Source: Nannocystis bainbridge (GTDB taxonomy: Bacteria; Myxococcota_A; Polyangia; Nannocystales; Nannocystaceae). From it: 64,000 bases of DNA. The notes beneath the pieces were generated by a model. That model did not search any database, was not told the DNA's origin, and saw only the letters and a program-made list of their open reading frames with translations. Location of the stretch: contig NZ_JAQNDL010000003.1 in the NCBI RefSeq assembly GCF_028368995.1, forward strand, positions 2,912,001 to 2,976,000, given 5' to 3'. Shown piece by piece: positions 19,327 to 29,075 of this stretch. The position numbers were made by a program, and so were the translations under genes. Numbering within the stretch: position 1 is the stretch's first letter; the number at the start of each line of letters is the position of its first letter.

Positions 19327-20015
19327 TCACCCCGCCCGCGCCGCCAGCTCGCGCTGACCGATCGCGTTGAGGTCGCGCGTCTCGAGCACGTATTTCGCCG
19401 TCCCGTCGCGGGCCACCGCGATCATCGCTCGCCCCATCTGCTCCGTGCTCGTCACCAGCCCCGGCAGCAGTAACTTCCACAGCGGATACAGGGGCGCCAG
19501 CACCGCGTAGAACAGGTTGTACATCCGAGTGCGCGAGCGGATCCCGTGCAGCGGCTGGACGAACGCCGGGCGGACCACATAGCTCGCGTGCAGCGGCAGC
19601 TCGCGCAACGCGTTCTCCGTCTTCCCTTCACCCGCGCCCACATCACCCGCCCGCGTTCGCTGCTGTCGGCGCCCATGCCCGACACGAACACGAACGTCAG
19701 CTGCGGGCTCGACGCTGCCAGCGAGCGCGCCGCGGACAGCGTCAGGTCGTACGTCACCCGCGTGTACTCGGCCTCGGACATCCCCGCCGACGACACCCCG
19801 ACGCACCAGAAGCACGCGTCGTGCCCCGCCAGCCCCTCCGCGATCGGCGAAAGATCGCCCAGGTCCGCGTGGATCAGCTCGCGCAGCTTCGGGTGGTGCT
19901 GACCCGTCGGATTGCGGCCGACCACCGTCACGCGATCGATCTGCGGGTCCAGCAGCGACTCGCGCAGCACCGCCTGACCGATCATCCCTGTCGCCCCGAA
20001 GATCAGCACCTTCAT
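19327..20015 (-). pseudogene. NAD(P)H-binding epimerase-like protein, frameshifted (pseudogene or sequencing error)
   Basis: MKVLIFGATGMIG...WARVKG in one frame continues as KTENAL...RPAFVQP in another; one base missing near 19625. Confidence 0.8.
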
Positions 20016-20245
20016 CGCGTCACCCCTTCGGACCTGTCCCCGGGGGCAGGTTCATCCCTGTCGCCCCGAAGATCCTTCATCGCGTCAGCCCCTCGGACCT
20101 GTCCCCGGGGCCAGGTTCATCCCTGTCGCCCCGAAGATCCTTCATCGCGTCAGCCCCTCGGACCTGTCCCCGGGGGCAGGTTCATCCCTGTCGCCCCGAA
20201 GATCCTTCATCGCGTCAGCCCCTCGGACCTGTCCCTGGGGGCAGG
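19983..20245. repeat. 65-bp tandem repeat of the SDR stop/epimerase start junction
   Basis: Near-identical units start at 20051, 20116, 20181; a longer ancestral copy overlaps the epimerase 5' end. Confidence 0.92.
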
Positions 20246-21120
20246 TCGAAGCGCACCCCCGTCAGCTCCTCGGAGCGCTGCCACAGCCGCGCCGCGAGCT
20301 GCTCGTTGCGGGCTTGCGGCGGCACCCAGGCCCGGATCGGCGCCCCGCGCATCAGCAAGATCCGCGGCCCGTAGTACTCGCCGCCGCGCACGTCCGCGGC
20401 CGTCGCCGCGCGCAGCGACGGCAGCGCCCCGTCTTGCGCCGACTGCCCGAGCAGCTTGATGCTGCGCGTGAACGCGTGCTTCTGCAGCCCCGTCGAAGCC
20501 CCGCCCGGGTGGGCCGCCATGCTGCGCAGCCCGGTGTCGCCGGCGCGCCGCTGCAGCTCGAGCATGAACATCAGGTTGGCCAGCTTCGACCGCCCGTAGG
20601 TGCCCATCGGCGTGTAGCGCCGCTCGCTCTGCAGGTCGTCGATGTCGAGCCGCGCGCCCCAGGCCACGCCGCTGCTGACCGTCACCACTCGCGGTGCCGC
20701 GCTGGCCCGCAGCGCCGGCAGCAGCAGCCCCGTCAGCGCGAAGTGCCCGAGGTGATTGGTGCCGAACTGCTTCTCGAACCCGTCGACCGTGGTCTCGCGC
20801 CGCGGCAGCGCCATGATGCCGGCGTTGTTGACCAGCAGGTCGAGCCGCGGGTGGGCCCGCCGCACCTGCTCGGCGAACGACCGCACCGACGCCAGCGACG
20901 ACAGGTCGAGCGGGACGAGCTCGACCTTGCCCCCCGACTGCTGCCGCAGGCCGCTCAGCGCCTCCTCGCCGCGGGCGGCGTCGCGGCAGCCGATGACCAC
21001 CTCCGCCCCCGCGCGCGCCAGCTCCAGCGCCGTGTAATAGCCGATACCGCTGTTCGCGCCCGTGACCACGGCGGTCGTGCCGTCCAGTCGTGGGATGTCC
21101 TTCGTGCCCCAGCCGCTCAT
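20215..21120 (-). CDS. Short-chain dehydrogenase/reductase
   Basis: TGANSGIG, LVNNAG, YGRSK, HPG. Confidence 0.95.
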   Translation of the reverse strand: MSGWGTKDIPRLDGTTAVVTGANSGIGYYTALELARAGAEVVIGCRDAARGEEALSGLRQQSGGKVELVPLDLSSLASVRSFAEQVRRAHPRLDLLVNNAGIMALPRRETTVDGFEKQFGTNHLGHFALTGLLLPALRASAAPRVVTVSSGVAWGARLDIDDLQSERRYTPMGTYGRSKLANLMFMLELQRRAGDTGLRSMAAHPGGASTGLQKHAFTRSIKLLGQSAQDGALPSLRAATAADVRGGEYYGPRILLMRGAPIRAWVPPQARNEQLAARLWQRSEELTGVRFDLPPGTGPRG

Positions 21121-21143
21121 CGCGTGTCTCTCCTGTGTGTTCG

Positions 21144-21206
21144 GTAAACGAACGTTTACTTGGCGACATCTTGGACCGCCCGTGCTAGAAGTCAACAGCC
21201 GTTTAC
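21144..21206. promoter_or_regulatory. Candidate TetR operators
   Basis: GTAAACG-AA-CGTTTAC (21144-21159) and degenerate GTCAACAGCCGTTTAC (21191-21206) between divergent SDR and tetR. Confidence 0.7.
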
Positions 21207-21217
21207 AAAAAACACCG

Positions 21218-21820
21218 ATGGCCCAGCGCAAGAGCCCCTCCCGCCCCCGTTCCGCCGCCGCGCCGCGCCCCCGCGACGCCGAGCAGACCCGGGCCGAGAT
21301 CCTCCACGCCGCCCGCGTGCTGTTCGCCACCCGCGGCTACGCCAACGCGGGCATGCGAGAGATCGCCGCCGCCGCCGGCATCACCCCCGCGCTGGTCGTC
21401 CGCTACTTCGGCTCGAAGCGCGACCTGTTCGTCGCCGCCATCGAGTCCGACATCGCCCTCGGCCCGTTCCTCGGCCCCGACCGCGCCACCGTCGGCCGCC
21501 ACATCGCCCGCCATTTCTTCAGCAAGCCGGTGCGCGAGGTCGACACCCTGTCGATCCTGCTGCACGCCGCCGGCCAGCCGGAGGTCTGCGACCTCGCCAC
21601 CGAGCTGCTGGCCACGCGGGTGATCCAGCCGCTCGCCCGCTGGCTCGGCCCCCCGCGCGCCGAGGCCCGCGCCTCCCTGGTGCTGGCCATCATCTCGGGC
21701 ACCTGGCTGTTCCGCCAGGCGCTGCCGATGCGCGCCTTCGCGGGCGGCCCGGACACGTCGCTGGCGTCGTGCCTGGCCGCGCAGATCCAGCACGTGGTCG
21801 ACGGCCTGCCAGAGCCCTGA
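21218..21820 (+). CDS. TetR family regulator
   Basis: ILHAARVLFATRGY...MREIAAAAGITPALVVRYFGSK. Confidence 0.93.
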   Translation: MAQRKSPSRPRSAAAPRPRDAEQTRAEILHAARVLFATRGYANAGMREIAAAAGITPALVVRYFGSKRDLFVAAIESDIALGPFLGPDRATVGRHIARHFFSKPVREVDTLSILLHAAGQPEVCDLATELLATRVIQPLARWLGPPRAEARASLVLAIISGTWLFRQALPMRAFAGGPDTSLASCLAAQIQHVVDGLPEP

Positions 21821-21983
21821 TCGCGCCTATCGAGGGCGGCGGGGAGCGCGAGCGTCGAGCCGCGCGCGCGAGCAAGAAGCATCGGTCTGCGGTCACTCGT
21901 CGGTGCTTCGATGATGGCGATGGATCGTCATGCGAGATTGACGACACCTGCGCATGCGCTCGGACATGATGCTCGCAAAGCCT

Positions 21984-22418
21984 TCACGACCGCGGGGTCG
22001 CGCAGGCGATCGCCACCGTCGCCGATGGATCTCCGACCATGCTGTGCGAGCAGCGCGTCACCCGACCTTCGCCGTCGAACGCGACCTCGAGCCCGTCGAC
22101 GTCGTGATACGGGAACCGCATCACTCCCGCCTCCCCTGCCGCCAACCACGCCGGCGCCTCGCCGCCGCTCCGCGTCAGCCTCGCCTGCCACGCCGCGCGA
22201 TCGATGCGGCGCTCGCATTGCCGCTGACACATGCACAGCGCGCGCGCGTGCGCTGAATCGCCATCGCACGGCGGCGTGACGCTCTCCGACTCCGGCATCG
22301 CCTCGATCGCGGCGCTCTGGGCCTCGATCACCCCGGATCGCGGCAGCACGATCGCCGCGCTCGCCGGCTCGCTCGCGGCGATCGGCGCCTTCGCGGCACA
22401 CCCACCCACCAGCAGCAT
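21984..22418 (-). CDS. Hypothetical lipoprotein
   Basis: LLVGGC lipobox-like segment, several Cys; true start probably slightly upstream. Confidence 0.45.
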   Translation of the reverse strand: MLLVGGCAAKAPIAASEPASAAIVLPRSGVIEAQSAAIEAMPESESVTPPCDGDSAHARALCMCQRQCERRIDRAAWQARLTRSGGEAPAWLAAGEAGVMRFPYHDVDGLEVAFDGEGRVTRCSHSMVGDPSATVAIACATPRS

Positions 22419-22494
22419 CGCCGCCGACGAAAACCCGCGCAAACAGCCCTGCAGACGCTTGACCGCCGCGATTCGGGCCCCACGCTGATCGCAT

Positions 22495-22728
22495 ATGAAG
22501 CACATGTCCGGCGCGATCATGACACTGATCTTCCTCGGCGTGCCCTTCTTGATGGTATTTGCGTTGTTGGTCCGCGGCGCCCTGCGTACCGTTCAGGAAT
22601 GGCGTTTCGCTCGCATGGCCCGGCTCGACGGGCCGGGCTCGTCCCCCAGCCTCGGCGAACCGCAGCCCCCCGAAGTCCGCGTCGACCTGCCCCCCGTGCG
22701 TCGCCCCGGCCCCCCGCGCCTCGGCTGA
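22495..22728 (+). CDS. Small membrane protein
   Basis: 77 aa; one TM helix followed by a Pro-rich tail. Confidence 0.5.
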   Translation: MKHMSGAIMTLIFLGVPFLMVFALLVRGALRTVQEWRFARMARLDGPGSSPSLGEPQPPEVRVDLPPVRRPGPPRLG

Positions 22729-22905
22729 AGCTCTCGCTCCTTCGCGCGGAGCGGATGCGCTACCTCCATGCACACGTGCGGCCATGCGAGCCTCGATCGC
22801 AGCCGCACATGAGTGAGCACGCGGAAGCGCCACCATGATCGCGCGGCCGCGCGCGCGTCTGCGGCCAGCTTTACCCCTCGCGACGATTGCGGTACCCACA
22901 CGAGA

Positions 22906-24075
22906 GTGCCGATCGCCTTCTCGCGCTCATTGCGGGCTCTGGGGGCCGAGAGCGCGCGCGGCACGGTCGTCGGCGTCGCCCTCGCCGTCGGCTTCCTCGC
23001 CGCCTGGGCCGCCTGGTCGATGCTCGCGCGGGTCAGCCTGATCGCCACCAGCGAGCAGGCTCGCCTCGAGGTCGCGCGGGCCGCCGTCCCGCTCGCCCCG
23101 GTCCTCGAGGGACGTGTCCTTTCGGCCAGCCTCGCGCTCGGCCGCCGCGTCGCCGCCGGTGAACCATTGCTCGAGCTCGACAGCCGCGGCCTCCAGCTCG
23201 CGCGAGCCGAGGTCGACGCCGAACGCCAGGGCCTGCTCACCGAGCTCGGCGCCCTCGCCGGTGAGCACGCCGCCCTCGCCGCCGCGATCGAGGCCTTCGA
23301 GGCCGGAGGTCGCACGCGCCAGAGCGAGGCCTCTGCCAGCGCCCAGGAGGCCCAGATCGCCGCCGCCTTCGCCCGCACCATGGCCGAGCGCAGCGAGAGC
23401 CTGCGCGGCCTCGGCGTCGAGTCGAGCGAGGCCGCCGAATTGCTGCAAGCGCGCGAGCGAGGCAGCGCCGCGGTGGCGACGATCCGCCGCCTGCAGATCG
23501 CGCGCACCCGGGCCGAGCTCGGCGAGCGGCTGGCGACGATGCGCATCGACCTCGCCCGCACCCTGCGCGAGGAGGCCGAGCTGCAGCGAGCGCTGGCCAC
23601 GAAGATCGCCGCGCTCGCGCGCCTCGACCACCAGATCGACCAACACTCGCTGCGCGCCCCGATCGCCGGCCGGCTCGGCGGCGTGGTCCCGCTGCAACCC
23701 GGCGCCGTGCTCGCGCGTGGGGCCGTGGTCGCGCTCGTGATCCCCGACGACCCGCTGCGCATCGTCGGCCGCTTCACCCCCGCCAGCGTCGGCCGGATCC
23801 GCCCCGGCCAGCCCGCCCGCATGCGCCTCGACGGCTTCCCCTGGACCGAGTTCGGCAGCCTCCGCGGCCGCGTCGCCGCCGTCGCCAGCGAGGCCGAGGA
23901 CGGCCTCGTCCGCGTTGAGTGCGACATGTCCACAGGGACAGATAATATGTCCGAAGGGACAGCTAGCAAGATCCCTGCCGAGCACGGCCTCACCGGCGTG
24001 CTCGAGATCGAGGTCGAGTCCGTCGCGCCCGCCGCCCTGCTGCTGCGCACCATCGGTCAGGCCCTCGCCCCATGA
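22906..24075 (+). CDS. HlyD family membrane fusion protein
   Basis: N-terminal TM, lipoyl-like halves (GRVLS...GEPLLEL, LRAPIAG), coiled coil, IRPGQPARMRLDGFPW. Confidence 0.9.
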   Translation: MPIAFSRSLRALGAESARGTVVGVALAVGFLAAWAAWSMLARVSLIATSEQARLEVARAAVPLAPVLEGRVLSASLALGRRVAAGEPLLELDSRGLQLARAEVDAERQGLLTELGALAGEHAALAAAIEAFEAGGRTRQSEASASAQEAQIAAAFARTMAERSESLRGLGVESSEAAELLQARERGSAAVATIRRLQIARTRAELGERLATMRIDLARTLREEAELQRALATKIAALARLDHQIDQHSLRAPIAGRLGGVVPLQPGAVLARGAVVALVIPDDPLRIVGRFTPASVGRIRPGQPARMRLDGFPWTEFGSLRGRVAAVASEAEDGLVRVECDMSTGTDNMSEGTASKIPAEHGLTGVLEIEVESVAPAALLLRTIGQALAP

Positions 24076-26762
24076 CCGCCGCCCGACCGCCGCGTCGGCG
24101 CCGGATCGTCGCCGAGGTCATCCAGAGCTCGGCCATGGACTGCGGCCCCGCCACCCTCAAGTGCCTGCTCGAGAGCCACGGCCTGCCCGTCAGCTACGGC
24201 CGCCTGCGCGAGGCCTGTCAGACCGACGTCGATGGCACCTCGATCGACACCATGGAGGAGGTCGCGGTCCAGCTCGGCCTCGACGCCGAGCAGATCATGT
24301 GCCCGCCCGACCACGTGTTCACCGCCGAGGCCGGGGCCTTGCCGGCGATCGCCGTCGTGCTCTCGCCTGGCGGTCTCACCCACTTCGTCGTCGTCTGGTC
24401 GTGCTTCGCCGGCCTGGTCCAGATCATGGATCCCGCCGTCGGCCGGCGCTTCGTCCCGCGCGAGCAGCTGCGGCGCGAGCTGTTCGTCCACCGCATGCCG
24501 GTCCCCGAAGACGATCTGCGCGAGTGGCTCGGCAGCGACGAGTTCACCGGCGCCCTGCGGGTCCGCGCCCGCGAGCTGAAGCTCGCCCGCATCCGCGTCG
24601 ACGCCTGGGTCGCCGCCGGCCTCGGCGACCCAGGCATCCTCGGCCTCGCCCGCCTCGACGCCGCTATCCGCCTCACCGAGTCGCTCGCCCGCGCCGGCGC
24701 CGTCGCTCGCGGCGGTGAGGCCGGGCGGTTCGTCGCCGGCCTGCTCGCCGCCAGCGAGGGCCTGGACGGCGACGCCCTGTATGCCGTCCTGCCCGAGCAG
24801 TGCTTCACCGCCGTGCCCGGGCCCGAGGAGGGCAGCGCCCTGCTGCGCGGCGCCGTGCTCGTGCGGGTCCGCGGCGTGCGGCCCGACGCCCCGGCGCTGC
24901 ACCCCGGCGACCTGTCCCAAAGTACACTCTCGCCCGACCTCCTCGCCGCCCTCACCGAGCCGCAGATCTCCCCGCTGCGCCAGCTGTTCGCCCTGGTCCG
25001 CGCCGACGGCCTCGCGCTCCCGGCCGTGCTCGGGCTCGGCCTCGTCACCGCCGCCGCCGTGGTCGTCGGCGAGGCGCTGGTGCTGCGCGCCCTGCTCGAC
25101 ATAGGCGATCGCATCGGCGTCGGCGAGCAGCGGCTCGGCGCCGCCGCGGCCGTGCTCGCCTTCTTCGTCGCCGTGCTCGCGCTCGAGCTGCCGCTCGCCG
25201 TCGGCGTGCGCCGGGTCGGCCGCCGCCTCGGCGCCCGCCTGCGGATCGCCTTCCTGACCCAGATCCCGCGCCTCGGCGATCGTTACCTCGCCAGCCGCCC
25301 GATCTCCGACATGGCCGAGAGATGTCACAGAGGACATGTCCTTCGGCACATGCCCGACGTCGCCGCTCGCCTGGTCCGCGGCGGCTGCGAGCTGCTGTTC
25401 ACCGCCCTCGCGCTGATCTGGCTCGACCCCGGCGGCGCCCCGTGGATCGTCCTCACCGCCGCCCTCGTGCTCGGCTTGCCGCTGGCCCTGCAGCCGCTCA
25501 TGACCGAGCGCGACCTCAAGGTCCGCAGCCACGGCGGCGCGCTCGGCCGGTTCTACCTCGACGCCCTGCTCGGCCTCACCGCGATCCGCACCCACGCCGC
25601 CGAGCGCTCGCTGCTGCGCGAGCACGAGGCCTTGCTGGTCGAGTGGGCGCGCGCCCAGCGGGGCCTGTTCCGCGTCCAGGTCATCGCGGTCGGCCTCAGC
25701 GCCGGGCTCGGCATGATCCTCGCCGCGGTCCTGTGGAGCACCTACGTCGCCCGTCACCCCGAGCCGGCCGGCGCGCTGCTGCTGCTCTACTGGGCCCTGT
25801 CGTTGCCGGCGATCGGCGATCAGATCGCGGCCGCGGCGTTCGAGATCCCCGCCCTGCGCGCCGCCGCCCTGCGCCTGCTCGAGCCGCTGCACACCGCCGC
25901 CGACGTCCCCGAGCCGGCGGCGCGCGCCGAGCCGTGGCCCGGCAGCGGCGGCGTCACCTGTTCTTTCGAGCGGGTCACCGCGGTCGCCGGCGGTCACCCG
26001 ATCTTGCACGCGCTCGACCTGCAGATCGCGGCCGGCGAGCACGTGGCGGTGGTCGGCGCCTCGGGGGCCGGCAAGTCGAGCCTGCTCGGCCTGCTGCTCG
26101 GCTGGCACAAGCCCGCGAGCGGCCGCCTCGCGATCGACGGCGTGTCCCTCGACGAGCCGGCCGTGGCCGCGCTGCGCCGCGTCACCGCGTGGGTCGACCC
26201 GGCCGTGCAGCTGTGGAACGACACCCTGCTGCACAACCTGCGCTACGGCGACGACGCCGGGCATCATCGCCTGCCGCAAGCGCTCGCGCTCGCCGACCTC
26301 GGCCCCGTGCTCGAGCGCTTGCCTGACGGCCTGCAGTCGATCCTGGGTGAGGGCGGCGGCCTCGTCTCCGGCGGCGAGGGCCAGCGCGTCCGCCTCGGCC
26401 GCGCGCTCCTGCGCGACGCGCCGCGCCTGGTCCTGCTCGACGAGCCGTTCCGCGGCCTCGACCGCCACGCCCGCGCCGCTCTGCTTACCGCCGCCCGCGC
26501 GCACTGGCGCGGCAGCACCCTGCTGTGCGTCACCCACGACATCGAAGCGGCGCTCGGCTTCGATCGGGTGCTGGTGATCGACGGCGGCCGCCTGGTCGAG
26601 GACGGCGCCCCGCGCGACCTGTCCTCCCGGACAGATTCGAAATTCGCCGCCCTGCTGCAAGCCGAGGCCGAGCTGCGCGCCGAGGGCTGGAGCGACCCCC
26701 GCTGGCGGCGGCTCCGCATGGACGCCGGCCAGCTGAACGCCGGCGCGGAGGCCCCGGTTTGA
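24072..26762 (+). CDS. C39 peptidase-containing ABC transporter
   Basis: QSSAMDCGPA (Cys), THFVVVW (His), MDPA (Asp); TMD; GASGAGKS, VSGGEGQR, LLDEP. Confidence 0.9.
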   Translation: MTAARPPRRRRIVAEVIQSSAMDCGPATLKCLLESHGLPVSYGRLREACQTDVDGTSIDTMEEVAVQLGLDAEQIMCPPDHVFTAEAGALPAIAVVLSPGGLTHFVVVWSCFAGLVQIMDPAVGRRFVPREQLRRELFVHRMPVPEDDLREWLGSDEFTGALRVRARELKLARIRVDAWVAAGLGDPGILGLARLDAAIRLTESLARAGAVARGGEAGRFVAGLLAASEGLDGDALYAVLPEQCFTAVPGPEEGSALLRGAVLVRVRGVRPDAPALHPGDLSQSTLSPDLLAALTEPQISPLRQLFALVRADGLALPAVLGLGLVTAAAVVVGEALVLRALLDIGDRIGVGEQRLGAAAAVLAFFVAVLALELPLAVGVRRVGRRLGARLRIAFLTQIPRLGDRYLASRPISDMAERCHRGHVLRHMPDVAARLVRGGCELLFTALALIWLDPGGAPWIVLTAALVLGLPLALQPLMTERDLKVRSHGGALGRFYLDALLGLTAIRTHAAERSLLREHEALLVEWARAQRGLFRVQVIAVGLSAGLGMILAAVLWSTYVARHPEPAGALLLLYWALSLPAIGDQIAAAAFEIPALRAAALRLLEPLHTAADVPEPAARAEPWPGSGGVTCSFERVTAVAGGHPILHALDLQIAAGEHVAVVGASGAGKSSLLGLLLGWHKPASGRLAIDGVSLDEPAVAALRRVTAWVDPAVQLWNDTLLHNLRYGDDAGHHRLPQALALADLGPVLERLPDGLQSILGEGGGLVSGGEGQRVRLGRALLRDAPRLVLLDEPFRGLDRHARAALLTAARAHWRGSTLLCVTHDIEAALGFDRVLVIDGGRLVEDGAPRDLSSRTDSKFAALLQAEAELRAEGWSDPRWRRLRMDAGQLNAGAEAPV

Positions 26763-28894
26763 CCCGCGTGCTAGACGTGCTCGCCTTCGCCTGGCCGCTG
26801 GGGCGCGCGGGCGAGGCCCTCACCGCTCTCGCCGCGCAGGCTGGCCTGCAGCCGGACCTGCGCGAGCTCGGCACACCGGCCACGGCCGTGCTCGCCGACC
26901 CTGACGACGCCGCCATCGAGCGCTGGCTCGCCGGCGCCGCCGCGGGCCTCGGGCTCGAGGCCGAGGCCGTCGACACCGACATCGCCGGCGTCGACGACCT
27001 GCTCGCCGCCTGCGCCCCCGCGCTCCTGCGGATCGGCCCTGAAGCTCGCCATCTCCTGCTCATCTTGCGCGGCAGTCGCCGCCACCTCCTCGTGATCGCC
27101 CCCGATCTCCGCCCGCGTCGTCTCGCCACCGCCGCCGTGCGCCGCCTCGTCTGCGAGCCCGTGCTCGCCCCCCTGCGCGGCCGCACCGAGGCCCTCGTCG
27201 ATCGCACCGGCCTCACCCGTGGCCCGCGTCGCGACCGCGCCGTCGATGCATTGCTGCGCGAGCGCCTCGGCGGCCTGCGGGTCGGTCGCGCCTTTGTCCT
27301 CCGCCCCTCGCCCGCCGCCCCGCTGCTCCGCTTGCTGCGCGCCGAGGGCCTCGTCCGCAGCGCCCTCGCCCTCGCCGGCCTGCACGCCGCCGAGCTCGCG
27401 GTGATGATCGCCGCCTGGGCGCTGATCGGCGGCCTCGTGTTCGCCGGCCGCACCGACACCGGCTGGTCGCAGGCGTGGCTGCTGTTGCTGCTGACCGTCG
27501 TGCCATGTCGCATGGGACAGGCGGCGATCGTCGGCGACATCTTGCAGCGGGCCGGCGCCCTCCTGAAGCGGCGCCTGCTCGTCGGCGCCCTCGCCCTGCC
27601 CGGCGACCTCACCCGGCGCGAGGGCGCGGGCCTGCTGCTCGGTCGCGTGCTCGAGACCGCCGCCGTCGAGTCACTCGGCCTGCGCGGCGGCCTGGTCTCG
27701 CTGGTCGCCGCGCTCGAGTTCGCGGCCGCCGTACCGATCCTCGCGCTCGGCCCCGCGCCCGCGCTGCACCTCGCGCTGCTGGCCGCCTGGACCCTCGTCA
27801 GCGTCATCCTCGTTCGCCGCACCGGCCAGCACCTCGCCGCCTGGACCGAAGCGCGCGGCGAGCTCACCCACCACCTCGTCGAGGCCATGGTCGGCCACCG
27901 CACCCGCCTCGCTCAAGAAGCGCCCGAGCGCTGGCACGACGCCGACGACGCTCGCCTCGTGCGCGTGCTCGCCCACGAGGCCCGGCTCAACCGCAGCGAG
28001 TCGCTGCTGGTCGCCCTGCTCCCGCGCGGCTGGCTGGTGCTCGGCCTGGCCGCGCTGCTGCCCGCGTTCGTCACCGGCTCGGCCCCGCCCGCCACCATCG
28101 CCGCCGCGATCGGCGGGGTGCTGCTGGCCCAGCGCGGGCTCGCCACCTTCGTCGTCGGCGCCACCGCCCTGCTCGGCTGCGGCGTCGCCGTGCGCCAGGC
28201 CCTGCCGATGCTGCGCGCCGCCGAGTCGGCCGACGACGGCGCGCACGGCCTCATGCTCGCCGCGCCGCCCGTGCCCGCGGGCCAGCCGATCCTCGTCGCT
28301 CGCGGCCTCGGCTTCCGCTACCCCGGGCGCGAGCGGCCGGTCCTGCGCGACGTCGACCTGACGATCGCCGCCGGTGATCGCCTCCTGCTCGAGGGCGGCT
28401 CCGGCGGCGGCAAGTCGACCCTCGGCGCGGTGGTGGCCGGCCTGCGCGAACCCACCGGCGGCCTCGTCCTGCTCGCCGGCCTCGATCGCCCCACCCTCGG
28501 CCTGGTCGGCTGGCGCCGCCGCGTCGCCGCCGCCCCGCAGTTCCACGAGAACCACGTCGTCACCGCCCCGCTCGCCTTCAACCTGCTGATGGGCCGCGGC
28601 TGGCCGCCGACCCAACCTCAGCTCGCCGAGGCCGAGGCCGTCTGCCGCGAGCTCGGCCTCGGCGACCTGCTCGAGCGCATGCCCAGCGGCCTGCAGCAGA
28701 TGGTCGGAGAGACAGGCTGGCAGCTGTCGCACGGCGAGCGCAGCCGCCTCTTCATCGCCCGCGCGCTGCTGCAGGACGTCGACCTCCTGGTCCTCGACGA
28801 GAGCTTCGCCGCCCTCGACCCCGCGACCCTGCAGCAGGCCCTCCGCTGCGTGCTCACCCGCGCCCGCGCGGTCCTGGTGATCGCCCACCCGTGA
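26759..28894 (+). CDS. ABC transporter (TMD + NBD), partner subunit
   Basis: TTG start overlaps the upstream stop; GGSGGGKST, LSHGERSR, LDES. Confidence 0.88.
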   Translation: MTRVLDVLAFAWPLGRAGEALTALAAQAGLQPDLRELGTPATAVLADPDDAAIERWLAGAAAGLGLEAEAVDTDIAGVDDLLAACAPALLRIGPEARHLLLILRGSRRHLLVIAPDLRPRRLATAAVRRLVCEPVLAPLRGRTEALVDRTGLTRGPRRDRAVDALLRERLGGLRVGRAFVLRPSPAAPLLRLLRAEGLVRSALALAGLHAAELAVMIAAWALIGGLVFAGRTDTGWSQAWLLLLLTVVPCRMGQAAIVGDILQRAGALLKRRLLVGALALPGDLTRREGAGLLLGRVLETAAVESLGLRGGLVSLVAALEFAAAVPILALGPAPALHLALLAAWTLVSVILVRRTGQHLAAWTEARGELTHHLVEAMVGHRTRLAQEAPERWHDADDARLVRVLAHEARLNRSESLLVALLPRGWLVLGLAALLPAFVTGSAPPATIAAAIGGVLLAQRGLATFVVGATALLGCGVAVRQALPMLRAAESADDGAHGLMLAAPPVPAGQPILVARGLGFRYPGRERPVLRDVDLTIAAGDRLLLEGGSGGGKSTLGAVVAGLREPTGGLVLLAGLDRPTLGLVGWRRRVAAAPQFHENHVVTAPLAFNLLMGRGWPPTQPQLAEAEAVCRELGLGDLLERMPSGLQQMVGETGWQLSHGERSRLFIARALLQDVDLLVLDESFAALDPATLQQALRCVLTRARAVLVIAHP

Positions 28895-28897
28895 GGC

Positions 28898-28977
28898 TGT
28901 CCCTCAGGACATCCCGTCGCAACTTCACCCGGCTCGCTCCTCGAGCTCTATCTAAAAATAAAATGTCCGAAAGGACA
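28898..28977. repeat. Two perfect TGTCC-N4-GGACA palindromes at a convergent junction
   Basis: TGTCCCTCAGGACA at 28898, TGTCCGAAAGGACA at 28964. Confidence 0.8.
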
Positions 28978-29075
28978 GCCGGCACGTCCGGCGTGATCGC
29001 CCCGGCGTCACCGCGTGCGCAGCTCGCCGCAGCGCGACCTTGCCTGCGACCACCGGCTTTGTCGCAGCCGGCCGC

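Noticed and set aside
22495-22728. RiPP precursor for the C39 transporter
   Set aside because: It is a hydrophobic TM peptide with a Pro-rich tail, with no ELxxxxLxxxxGG-type leader or modifiable core.
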